DNA from: Candidatus Stercoripulliclostridium sp.
Lineage (GTDB): Bacteria > Bacillota > Clostridia > Christensenellales > DTU072
Direction of reading: 5' to 3'
Assembly: GCA_045535235.1 (NCBI GenBank)
Contig: JAZSLG010000071.1
Location: 3,445-67,444, forward strand
Length of the DNA: 64,000 nt
Of this stretch, positions 7,944 to 17,100 are shown in pieces. The notes beneath the pieces were generated by a model that saw only the letters and a list, made by a program, of their open reading frames with translations, was not told the DNA's origin and searched no databases. A program made the position numbers and the translations under genes. Numbering within the stretch: position 1 is the stretch's first letter; every line of letters starts with the position of its first letter.

Positions 7944-8801
7944 ATGTGTAAAAAGTACGTTAAAGTATATTGTCCTCAATCAAAATGTCATGGATTGGTT
8001 ACAATTGAAAATAATAACGGCGTAGATCAAGTCGTTAACTTTTACGAAATAGATAATGATACCGCAAACAAGATAAAAACCGATTATGAAGGCAATCTTC
8101 CTATGGTTTCTCAACATTTGAAGCCTTGTGCTGATACAGGTAGGAGGGAGCCAAAATGTTGTGATAAAAAGCGTTCTTGTAAAGTTAAGACTGGTGAATT
8201 ATGGTACCAATGCCTATATTGTTCCAATTTGGAATTGGCTAGAGAGAGCTCGGGTGGAGCAGAATTTTATTTCTTACTTGATGCTTCCGGCAGTATGAGT
8301 TATAGAGATAGGAAAGATGCTTCTAAGGCAGTAAGTAAAATGATGCAATCTTTACAGGGAAACGGCAATACGTATAGTTTCGTACCTTGGGCTTGTAGGG
8401 CAACCTATTTGTTCCATAGGGAAACCAATTTGTATAAGATGAATTCTGCATTAAGTCAATATGAAAATGATTTATGTGACGTAGGGGGAAGCACTGCTGC
8501 AGATGAAGCGTTTAAGTTTATATATTCAGACGTTATGAGTGCGAAGAAACCCGTAAGAATCATTTTGGTTACGGACGGATACTTTAACGACGATGATAGT
8601 GCTGTTAGAGCGAGAGATTTGTTGTTAAGAAAAAAAGACGTAGAAATCCTAGCTATTGGTATTACCGGGGCAAATGCTAGTACGCTAAAAAGAATAGGTA
8701 CTGTTTCCGACTTCTCAATAGTTGTAGGTGAAAGTTCTGCTTTGATTAGTACGTTTGAAGAAATAACACAAATATTAAAGAATAACGGCAACAACTTCTA
8801 A
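7944..8801 (+). CDS. vWA-domain protein with a Cys-rich (Zn-ribbon-like) N-terminal module
   Basis: N-terminal ~95 aa contain CPQSKCH, CC, C-x6-ish and CLYC cysteine clusters. The vWA part has FYFLLDASGSMS (DxSxS MIDAS), GGST and LVTDG. Confidence 0.8.
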   Translation: MCKKYVKVYCPQSKCHGLVTIENNNGVDQVVNFYEIDNDTANKIKTDYEGNLPMVSQHLKPCADTGRREPKCCDKKRSCKVKTGELWYQCLYCSNLELARESSGGAEFYFLLDASGSMSYRDRKDASKAVSKMMQSLQGNGNTYSFVPWACRATYLFHRETNLYKMNSALSQYENDLCDVGGSTAADEAFKFIYSDVMSAKKPVRIILVTDGYFNDDDSAVRARDLLLRKKDVEILAIGITGANASTLKRIGTVSDFSIVVGESSALISTFEEITQILKNNGNNF

Positions 8802-8811
8802 GGAGGGAAAT

Positions 8812-9507
8812 ATGGGATTCAATCAATTAAGCAAAGAAAGGAAAATTGATATTGTTTTTTGCATTGATGCAACCAGCAGTATGGGCCATTGCATCGATAA
8901 CGTAAAAAAGCACGCAAGAACGTTTTATCAAGAATTCGTTGATAAAATGACAAAAGAGTATAATAGTAAAGTTGACTCTCTTAGGGTACAAGTCATAGTT
9001 TTCCGTGATTTGGAATGTGACACCGAGGGGCTTGTTTGCAGTGAGTTCTTTGAATTACCTGCCGATACAAGCTATTTTGAAAACTATCTCGATAGAGTTA
9101 CTCCTAGAGGTGGCGGAGATTATAAGGAAAGCGGTTTGGAAGCAATATATACTGCAATGACGACTGATTGGATAGCTAGAGGAAGCAACGATAGACAAGT
9201 TATTCTATTCTTTTCCGATGCCGACGCTATTGATTTTGGCGAAAAGGAAAATAGAACCGGTTATCCCAAAATTTGTGACCAAGCAACATTTTTGAACATG
9301 TGGCTATGTAGAATGGGAAATGCCAACAAGCTTAGCGAAAGATGCAAGAGAATGGTAATGTTTGCTCCTGCAAAATCGGTTTATGAAAAGTTGCAAGGAA
9401 CGTTGAATAGGACTGCTTTTAAGGCAGTATTACCTCAAAAAGGAATGAAGGACGTTTCATTTGATGAAATAATGAAAATTCTTTGCGCTAGCGCATCCTC
9501 TATTTAA
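8812..9507 (+). CDS. vWA-domain protein, TerY-like (paralog C of 7140..7859)
   Basis: Motifs: DIVFCIDATSSM, GGGDYKESGLEA, FFSDADA. Collinear with paralog A along its whole length, including SERCKR.VMFAP and the C-terminal ASAS tail. Confidence 0.85.
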   Translation: MGFNQLSKERKIDIVFCIDATSSMGHCIDNVKKHARTFYQEFVDKMTKEYNSKVDSLRVQVIVFRDLECDTEGLVCSEFFELPADTSYFENYLDRVTPRGGGDYKESGLEAIYTAMTTDWIARGSNDRQVILFFSDADAIDFGEKENRTGYPKICDQATFLNMWLCRMGNANKLSERCKRMVMFAPAKSVYEKLQGTLNRTAFKAVLPQKGMKDVSFDEIMKILCASASSI

Positions 9508-9534
9508 CAAAGGTGTTTAACGAAGGAGAAAAAA

Positions 9535-11145
9535 ATGATTTATCATAGTAAATATAATGTAAACCCTGCCGACGTTGTCGATGGTGCAATCAATTGGAAG
9601 ATTACGGGCAACGGTGCATTTATCATCGCAGAATACGGTGGAACAAAGTATTTCGTTAAGAGATATACTATGGGTCCAAGAATGCCCACCTCTGAAATTC
9701 CAGAACCTGTTTATTCCGATAATAAAAAGACGGCGGACGCTTTGACACAAAAGCAGGAAGAAATCCGTCGTTTGTTTAAAAAGGCGGGACTTAACGTTGA
9801 CACTCATCACATAGTTGTAGAGGAAGAAAACTTTTGGGATGACGATAATATGTTCGTTACGGTTACTCGCGTAATACCCAACGAAAACGAAGGCTTTGAT
9901 TACAAGAGACTTAGTCAAAAGGATTTCGTAAAATTGTGTTGCGATATAACGGAACTCATAAGAAAAATTCACGATGCCGGTGTTACGCATGGTGATTTGA
10001 AAGAAAAAAATATATTAATTCAAAACAATTCCGGCGCATTTGTACCTTATCTTATTGACTTTGATTCCTCCTATCCAAGTGATTATCCTACTAGAAAAAA
10101 GAGTGATGGTACTCCCATGCTTTCTGTTCCGATAGTATATTCACCCGGTTATCAAAGTCCGGAAATCGCTATTAATAACTTTAATAATGATAATGGCGAC
10201 GAGGTTGACACAACGTTAATTAGTAATAAAACGGACATTTTCACGTTGGCTTTAATTTTCCACAAGCTTTGGACTGGTATTTTCCCTACCGTTATAGGTG
10301 ACGATTGTCCCGTTGCGGAAGCAGTATACATGAGAACGCCCATTAGATTAGACTCCAAGTTTGACGTAATCCTTGGAGCTAATAACGAGTGTAAATTCTC
10401 CGGCTTACTCGAGTGGATGCTTTCTAAAGAGGGTAAGGATAGACCTACCGCACAACAAGTATTGGACGTTTTGAACGATAGGTTGGACGTAGGCGAGCAT
10501 TTTGCTTACACGGGCGCTCCGCAAAGATTTGATTTGGATCCCCACCGCGTTCATGAAAGCGCAATAGAGATTTTGGATAGAGAAGCGCTAAGGGCACTTG
10601 GACTAAGATCTTTAGTAAAGATAACGGAAGGCGGTAATTACAAATATCTTGTTAGAAAAACAGATGGCTCTGAGTTTAGGTACACGGTAGACGAACTCAT
10701 AACTAACGGCTATGCTAAAGCAAAACCCATCAGTTTGGGTACGCTTTTCCCCGAGGATAGCGCAGTTATTGAATTTGTAAGCGCCGATGAGATAGCTAAG
10801 CTAGGTGTAATTTCGATTGAGCCTCGTGATTTGGGCTTTAGAAAATTCTACTTTGTTAAGCTAATGAATGGTGGTGGATATACAGCGAGCAAGACTGCTT
10901 TGATTGATAGAGGAATTGCAAGGCTTAAACCTGTTACTCCCGTATCGATAGCTATGGACGACGCTCCTTGGCCCGAGCATGGTTCAAGTTATCGTAAAGA
11001 AAATCTCATAGCAAGAAAAATTATTAAGATAGAAAAAGTAGTGGAAGACGGTCAACACAAATATAAGATTATTTATGATGATGGTGGTACACAAAGTGAA
11101 CGTATCGTTGCCGTAAGCTATCTTAAAATCATGAAAATATTATAA
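9535..11145 (+). CDS. Ser/Thr protein kinase (Hanks-type) with three C-terminal ~50-aa repeats
   Basis: Motifs: Gly loop ITGNGAF, beta3 Lys in YFVKRY, catalytic loop HGDLKEKN (Asp154 = nt 9994-9996), DFD (aa 175-177), YQSPE, DIFTLALIF and a DRPTA subdomain XI Arg. Confidence 0.85.
   Translation: MIYHSKYNVNPADVVDGAINWKITGNGAFIIAEYGGTKYFVKRYTMGPRMPTSEIPEPVYSDNKKTADALTQKQEEIRRLFKKAGLNVDTHHIVVEEENFWDDDNMFVTVTRVIPNENEGFDYKRLSQKDFVKLCCDITELIRKIHDAGVTHGDLKEKNILIQNNSGAFVPYLIDFDSSYPSDYPTRKKSDGTPMLSVPIVYSPGYQSPEIAINNFNNDNGDEVDTTLISNKTDIFTLALIFHKLWTGIFPTVIGDDCPVAEAVYMRTPIRLDSKFDVILGANNECKFSGLLEWMLSKEGKDRPTAQQVLDVLNDRLDVGEHFAYTGAPQRFDLDPHRVHESAIEILDREALRALGLRSLVKITEGGNYKYLVRKTDGSEFRYTVDELITNGYAKAKPISLGTLFPEDSAVIEFVSADEIAKLGVISIEPRDLGFRKFYFVKLMNGGGYTASKTALIDRGIARLKPVTPVSIAMDDAPWPEHGSSYRKENLIARKIIKIEKVVEDGQHKYKIIYDDGGTQSERIVAVSYLKIMKIL
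10579..11142 (+). repeat. three tandem protein-level repeats in the kinase C-terminus
   Basis: aa ~349-398, 417-467 and 487-536 share the core G-x(1,2)-[KR]-[YF]-x-[VIF]-x3-[DN]-G ... L-I-x2-G-x-A-[KR]-x-K-P. Aligned by eye. Confidence 0.5.
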
Positions 11146-11158
11146 TGAGGAAATTGCC

Positions 11159-13576
11159 GTGAATTATTTTAAGTTTTATAAAGTTCAAAAAAACGAAGAT
11201 TCGGACCCATATTTGTTTATTAATGAAGCAAATGGTGAAGGAATAGTTGCCGTTGCCGATGGTTTGGGTGGCTCCGGCTCTTTCGTTCACGTTATAGAAG
11301 AGAACGATAAGAAAGGAAATTTTGAAAAAACGCTAAAAGAGAGTTTTTTACCCGAGTATTATCTTAAGGAAGAAGTTCCCACCGAGGAAAAAGAAGAGAA
11401 AGTAGTAGAGCAAGCGCCAGAAAACGCAGATAATGCCTCCGAACAAGCGGAAAATGCGGAGGAGAAGGGCGAAGAACAAGCCGAAGAAATCCCCGTTGTT
11501 GAGGAAAAGGTTACCGTTGAGGAAGCACCTAAGGGCGACGAAGAGTTTGAAAAGTGGGTTGACCAAATGCTAGCTCCCATGCTTGACGACGAATCGGACA
11601 CCTCTGCTCTTTGGGGTTCACGTATTGCAATTGCGCGTACTATCTACTATTTGAAAAGCAACCCCAACAAGGCTCTTAGCGACGAAGAAACTAGGAAAGA
11701 AATGGTGGAATTCGTCTATAAAGGCTTGAATGACGTTAAAGATACTTTCCATTTGAAAACCGGTAATATCGCAGGTCAGTCAACCTTGCCTACCACTCTT
11801 GTAGTTATGAAGTACAAGGAAATGGAAGAGGGAGTAAAGGTTGAAGTTGTTTGGGCAGGCGACTCCAGAGGCTACGCGCTAATCCCCGGTAAAGGCTTAA
11901 AACAACTCACCGAGGACGACGAAGACGGCTCCGGTGCAATAAACAACCTCTTCTCTATCCATAAAGAGAAAAATGCAAACACCGTTTTGCATTATAAAGA
12001 GGTTCTTTTACCCAAGAAAAGTGCTATTTTTGCTTGCAGTGACGGTTTCTTCGACCCATTCGATCCCATCGATAACATTGGCGTAGAATGCGTATTGTTG
12101 GATGCGATAAATAAAGCAAATTCCTATGAGGAGTTTGAAGAAGAATGGCATGCTTTCTATAAGCCCACCACTCACGACGATTGCAGTATATCTTTCGTAT
12201 CCCTTGGCTATGATAGTTACGAGGCATTCAAAGATGATTTTTGTGATGCAGAAAGAATGCTAAAAGTAAGGGGCTTGTTTGACGATTATAGTAAGTATAG
12301 AAAGCTTTTCTTAATCTTTGATGGTATAGAAGATCGTCCCGAGGAATACATTGAAGAAAGAGCTATGGCAAGAAAGGATAGTATTTTGGATATTATTTCA
12401 CAAGCTATCGTAAGCGGACAAGAAGACGGTGTTATTACGGATAAAGAAATAGCCATATACGAAAAACTAAAGAAAGATAAAAAGGAAGAGGCAGAATCGA
12501 AAAAAGGTGAAGCCATATACAAAAAGAGAGCAGAAATATTAAATGATATTAATGATAATATCCAAGACTGTTCTAAAATCTTTGACGTTTTTAACCTTGA
12601 CCAAGGTGACGACGTGCTTTTAGCAATAAACGAGGCTAATGGTACGTATAAAGCGTTTGAACAAGCTAACAAAGAATTGGAGGCGGTGAATACACAACTG
12701 GCGGATTTGGAAAAGGATCAAAAGCAAGTTGAGGCTCGCGGAGATGCTATTATCAATTCAAAAAGCAAGAAAAATGCAGATGGGAAAATTATTTTCAGCT
12801 TGAACGACAGACTGCAAGAGTTGGAAAAATATATTGCCGAATACAAGCAAAGAGAGAATGAGAATAATGATATAACCCATCGCAAACCAATTAATTGTGG
12901 ACCGGACGACCATTATTTGGAAAATGCAAGAAAAACCAGCCATGAAGCAAGATCTCAATATAAAAAATGGGAAAAAGCCAAAGAAAATCTTGAAAAAGTT
13001 AAACAAGATTGGATTGACAAAAAACCAACTTGCAATAATTTCTTTGGAAAAATCTTTAAGCTGTTCTGTGGCTTGATGAATCAATTCTTTGATAGAAAAC
13101 TTTTTGAAATAGACAAAGAAATCATAGAGCCTATTAAAAAAGCACTTGAAGAATATCATCAAATAGGTGGGAAGATTGAGGCGATTAAGAAAGAGATAGA
13201 AAAGAAAGATAAAGAAAAAGAAAAGATTTGTGCCGAGTGGCAAAAGAATATGTCGTCTCTAAATAAAGATTTGCCGAAGATGATAGAGAATTGTGATCAT
13301 TACTTTACCAAAGAGGCAATTGTTAAATACGATTTACCGGTTAATTGTCCTCAACCGCAAGAGATTACGGCAGAAGATCTAAAAATTGCTCTAGATGATG
13401 AGTACGCTGGCATAATTGAAAATTATAAAAAGTGTAATCAAAGCTTAATAGATAGAGTGTTTAATCGTAGTAAGGTGGAGTTATTCAGGTCGTACAAGGA
13501 TTTGGATGAAAACGAGGCCAGAAAAGCGAAAAAAGAGATAGCCGAAATGGAAAAGAACTATTTTGTAATAGATTAA
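11159..13576 (+). CDS. PP2C-family Ser/Thr phosphatase fused to a ~450-aa coiled-coil C-terminus
   Basis: GTG start with RBS gagga. Motifs: VAVADGLGGSG (aa 31-40), VWAGDSRGY (aa 231-239), FACSDGFFD (aa 291-299). An acidic low-complexity insert spans aa ~70-135. From aa ~400 the sequence is Lys/Glu-rich and heptad-like. Confidence 0.8.
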   Translation: MNYFKFYKVQKNEDSDPYLFINEANGEGIVAVADGLGGSGSFVHVIEENDKKGNFEKTLKESFLPEYYLKEEVPTEEKEEKVVEQAPENADNASEQAENAEEKGEEQAEEIPVVEEKVTVEEAPKGDEEFEKWVDQMLAPMLDDESDTSALWGSRIAIARTIYYLKSNPNKALSDEETRKEMVEFVYKGLNDVKDTFHLKTGNIAGQSTLPTTLVVMKYKEMEEGVKVEVVWAGDSRGYALIPGKGLKQLTEDDEDGSGAINNLFSIHKEKNANTVLHYKEVLLPKKSAIFACSDGFFDPFDPIDNIGVECVLLDAINKANSYEEFEEEWHAFYKPTTHDDCSISFVSLGYDSYEAFKDDFCDAERMLKVRGLFDDYSKYRKLFLIFDGIEDRPEEYIEERAMARKDSILDIISQAIVSGQEDGVITDKEIAIYEKLKKDKKEEAESKKGEAIYKKRAEILNDINDNIQDCSKIFDVFNLDQGDDVLLAINEANGTYKAFEQANKELEAVNTQLADLEKDQKQVEARGDAIINSKSKKNADGKIIFSLNDRLQELEKYIAEYKQRENENNDITHRKPINCGPDDHYLENARKTSHEARSQYKKWEKAKENLEKVKQDWIDKKPTCNNFFGKIFKLFCGLMNQFFDRKLFEIDKEIIEPIKKALEEYHQIGGKIEAIKKEIEKKDKEKEKICAEWQKNMSSLNKDLPKMIENCDHYFTKEAIVKYDLPVNCPQPQEITAEDLKIALDDEYAGIIENYKKCNQSLIDRVFNRSKVELFRSYKDLDENEARKAKKEIAEMEKNYFVID

Positions 13577-13596
13577 TCTAGTCTTTTATTAAGAAA

Positions 13597-13623
13597 GGGT
13601 TCCTTTAGGAACCCTTTTTTTAT
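13597..13623 (+). terminator. rho-independent terminator of the vWA-kinase-PP2C operon
   Basis: gggttcc-ttta-ggaaccc followed by T9. Confidence 0.85.
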
Positions 13624-13822
13624 TGCTAATGAAAAAGTGAATTGCATTTTGTAAAATTTACAAAAAAGTTGTAAAAAGGGAAAAAGACTATGATTGAATA
13701 AAGACTGAGAGCATGATAGAATGTTAGTAGTAGGAGTAGAATGCTTACTTCGTAAGCAAAAATAAAGGAAGAAATTTTAGCAGTAAATGAGAAAAAAGCA
13801 TTAAAAATTTATCAAATTTCTA

Positions 13823-13851
13823 TTTACAAACCTAATTTTATGTGTTAATAT
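13823..13851 (+). promoter_or_regulatory. sigma70-like promoter driving a ~250-nt leader and the SNF2 operon
   Basis: TTTACA (13823-13828), 17-nt spacer ending in tgtgt (extended -10-like), TAATAT (13846-13851). Confidence 0.5.
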
Positions 13852-14104
13852 ACTTCTCGCACGGCTTTGAACGTGCGGTAGGACGAAAGATTATTTATCT
13901 AATCATCATTTAATTATCCAAACAAAAAATTAATAGACGTTAGCGGTAGGAGTATTCGTGTACCCTTATTGCTTAGTTAGTTTTAATCAATCAGCAATAT
14001 AATTGCGCTATTTTACGCGATATTTGTCGATTATTAGCGTACCGTAAAGAGGACGTATAATCATCTATAATATCAAACCAAAGAGAAAGATAAGGAGAAA
14101 AGAT

Positions 14105-17100
14105 ATGCTTCATTTGAGACGAAATGATTTGGAAGAGATTGTAAAATCAATGTCGAGTGGCCCTATAACCGCAAAAGACCTTGACGAATTAATCAAGGGC
14201 TTGGGTGAAGTGTATAAGGAAGTCAAAGAAAGAGAGGACGTCGCCGAACAAAAAAGGCTTCAAAAGGAAAAAGAAGAGCGCGAAAAGGTGGAAAACGTTA
14301 CCTGCATGGAGCTTCCTTTGGACTATGAGAACTATTTTGAATACGATATGAATGCAACGAGTGTGCGCGTAGAGTCGGCATCCGATGCTTTGATAACCTC
14401 GCTAAACAATTTGGGCAGAGTGGATATTGAGTATATGTCGGTAATATCGGGACTTACGCACAAGGCTCTCATAGTGGAACTTAAAGGTGCCATATACCAA
14501 AATCCGGACAAATGGGAGGAATGTTTTTACAAAGGTTGGGAGACTGCTGATGAATATTTGTCGGGCAATCTACTGCGCAAACGAGCCAAAGCCGTTGACT
14601 GTGAAAAAAAGTATAAAGGATGGTTCCAGGATAATATTAGGGCAATCGACGAGGTCCTTCCCGATGCCGTTTCCACCCTTGATATATACGTTACTTTAGG
14701 CTCGCCCTGGGTGCCGACCGACGTGATTGAGGACTTTATAGACTATCTATACAACCACAAAAAGACCTACGTAAAATTGCGTGGTAGCGTTATTCACGAC
14801 GAAGAAACGGGAACTTGGGAAATAATTGATAAAAACCGTTACTATCACGACACGCTAAGCACCAGCACCTACGGTACCGATAGAATGGAAGCACTTTACA
14901 TTTTGGAAAAAACACTCAATATGCGTTCGATTGCCGTAACCGACGAGGTGCCGTGCATTAGTAATAAGTCGGGTAAAAAGCGCGTAATTAATCAAAAAGA
15001 GACCCTTCTTGCTATTGAAAAGCAAAAGAAGATGATAAAAATGTTCCAAAATTGGGTGTGGCGTGACGATGCTCGCAGAGAGCGCCTTGAAATTATCTAC
15101 GAGAATAATTACAGTTGTTACCGCACGAGAAAGTATAACGGATCCTTCCTCACTTTTCCAAAGATGAATCCCGATATCGTTCTTTATCCATACCAAAAGG
15201 ACGCCGTCAGTCGCATATTGTTTTCGCCCAACACCTTGCTTGCGCACGACGTAGGCTCGGGGAAAACCTATATCATGATTGCCGCCGGTATGGAAATGCG
15301 CCGAATGGGTTTGTCTAAGAAGAATATGTACGTCGTACCTAACAATATAGTGGGACAATGGAACAGAATGTTCTTGGAGCTTTATCCTAGTGCGCACTTG
15401 CTCGTGGTGGAGCCAAAGCATTTTACACCCGCAAAAAGACAAGATACCCTAAAAAAGATTAGGGATAACGACTATGATGCGGTAATTATGGCGTACAGCT
15501 GTTTTGACCAAATTCCTCTTTCTTATGATTACTATCTTGCCGAAGCTAGGGAGCGTAAAAAGGAACTGGAGAACAGAGTTTTCTCTAGGGCTAGGACCAC
15601 GCATACCGTTCAAAAAAAGTTGGAGAAGATGAAAAAAGAGGTGTCGGAGCTATCACAACAGTTATATAACGTAGTGATGGCAGGTGAAATTTACTTTGAC
15701 CAGTTGGGCATTACCAGGTTATTCGTAGACGAGGCGCACAACTATAAGAACGTACCCGTGGAAACCAAGATTAATAACGTACTTGGAATATCGGAGACAG
15801 GTAGTGAAAAGTGTAAGCTTATGATGGCAAAGGTGCATCAAGTACAAAAGAGTAACGAGGGAAAGGGGGTTGTTTTTGCAACGGGAACGCCCATAACCAA
15901 CTCAATAACCGATGCCTTTATCATGCAACTCTATCTACAAAGCGGTGAACTTGCCTTATTAGATATACAAAACTTTGATGCGTGGGTAGGCATGTTTGCC
16001 GAGAAGGAAGAAAGCTTTGAAATCGACGTCGATACCAAGAATTATAGGTTGGCAACAAGGTTTTCCAAGTTTCATAATATCCCGGAGCTAACTTCGTTAT
16101 TATCATCTATTGCGGATTTTCATATCACTAAAACTAGCGAAGATTTACCCGTATTTACGGGATATACTGATGCTTTGGTGGGGAAAACGCCTGATTTCCA
16201 AGATTATTTGGACAAAATATCCGACCGAGCCGAAGCCGTAAGAAAGGGGCAAGTTGGTAGGAACGAGGACAATATGCTTTTGATAACTACCGATGGTAGA
16301 AAGGCTGCTCTCGACCTTCGTTTGGTGGATAACACTAAACCCTTCGTGTTCCAATCAAAGGTGGCACGTTGCGCCGAAAACGTCTATAACATATACGATA
16401 AGACAATGGAAGGGAAATTGACACAATTGGTTTTTTGTGATACATCCGTTCCCAGTGACCGGTTTAATATGTACGACGAACTCAAAAGGTTGCTTTTGGC
16501 CCTTGGTATTCCCGAGCAAGAAATAGCATTTATACACGACGCAACGACGGACAAGAGTAGGCTTGCATTCTTTGACAAGGTGCAAAAGGGCGAAATTAGA
16601 GTGCTAATGGGATCCACTTTCAAGTTGGGTATTGGCGTAAACGTACAAAACAAGCTGGTTGCCATCCATCATTTGGACGTGCCTTGGCGCCCTGCAGATA
16701 TGGTACAACGCGAAGGAAGAATACTACGTCCCGGCAATACTAATGGTAGAGTATTCATATACCGCTACGTAACGGAAGGGAGTTTTGATGCGTACTCGTG
16801 GCAACTCTTGGAGAGTAAGCAACGCTTCATATCCGGTCTGCTTGCCGGATCCATCACCGAAAGGAATAACGTTGATATTAGCGATACTATACTAAATTAC
16901 GCCGAAGTAAAGGCGCTCGCAATAGGTAATCCTCTCATTAAAAAGAGGGTGGAAAAGGCAAATGAGTTAACAAAACTTTATGCTTTACAAGCCAAACACG
17001 TGGAGAATAAGGACAAAATTTCGAGAAAACAGCAAGAAATTCCCACTCTTATCAGTCAGGCACAAGAGAGAGTGGACAAATGCAAGGCGGACTTTGATTA

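Noticed and set aside
11339-11560. Apparent tandem repetition (gaagaa/gaggaa runs) that could be a DNA repeat array.
   Set aside because: It is in frame within the PP2C gene and encodes an acidic low-complexity insert. It has no fixed repeat unit.
13577-14104. Retron-like msr/msd ncRNA or CRISPR leader in the long spacer.
   Set aside because: No reverse transcriptase or cas genes are present. No array of regularly spaced repeats occurs anywhere in the window; only two copies of a 9-mer and isolated hairpins are seen.
14855-15442. 195-aa minus-strand ORF inside the SNF2 gene. Similar antisense ORFs: 9517-9990, 12286-12672, 12758-13243, 18024-18485, 46855-47601, 53566-54054, 56827-57345 and 61681-62139.
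   Set aside because: All lie antisense within long, motif-supported genes. They lack RBSs and have low-complexity or odd composition. They are typical shadow ORFs.
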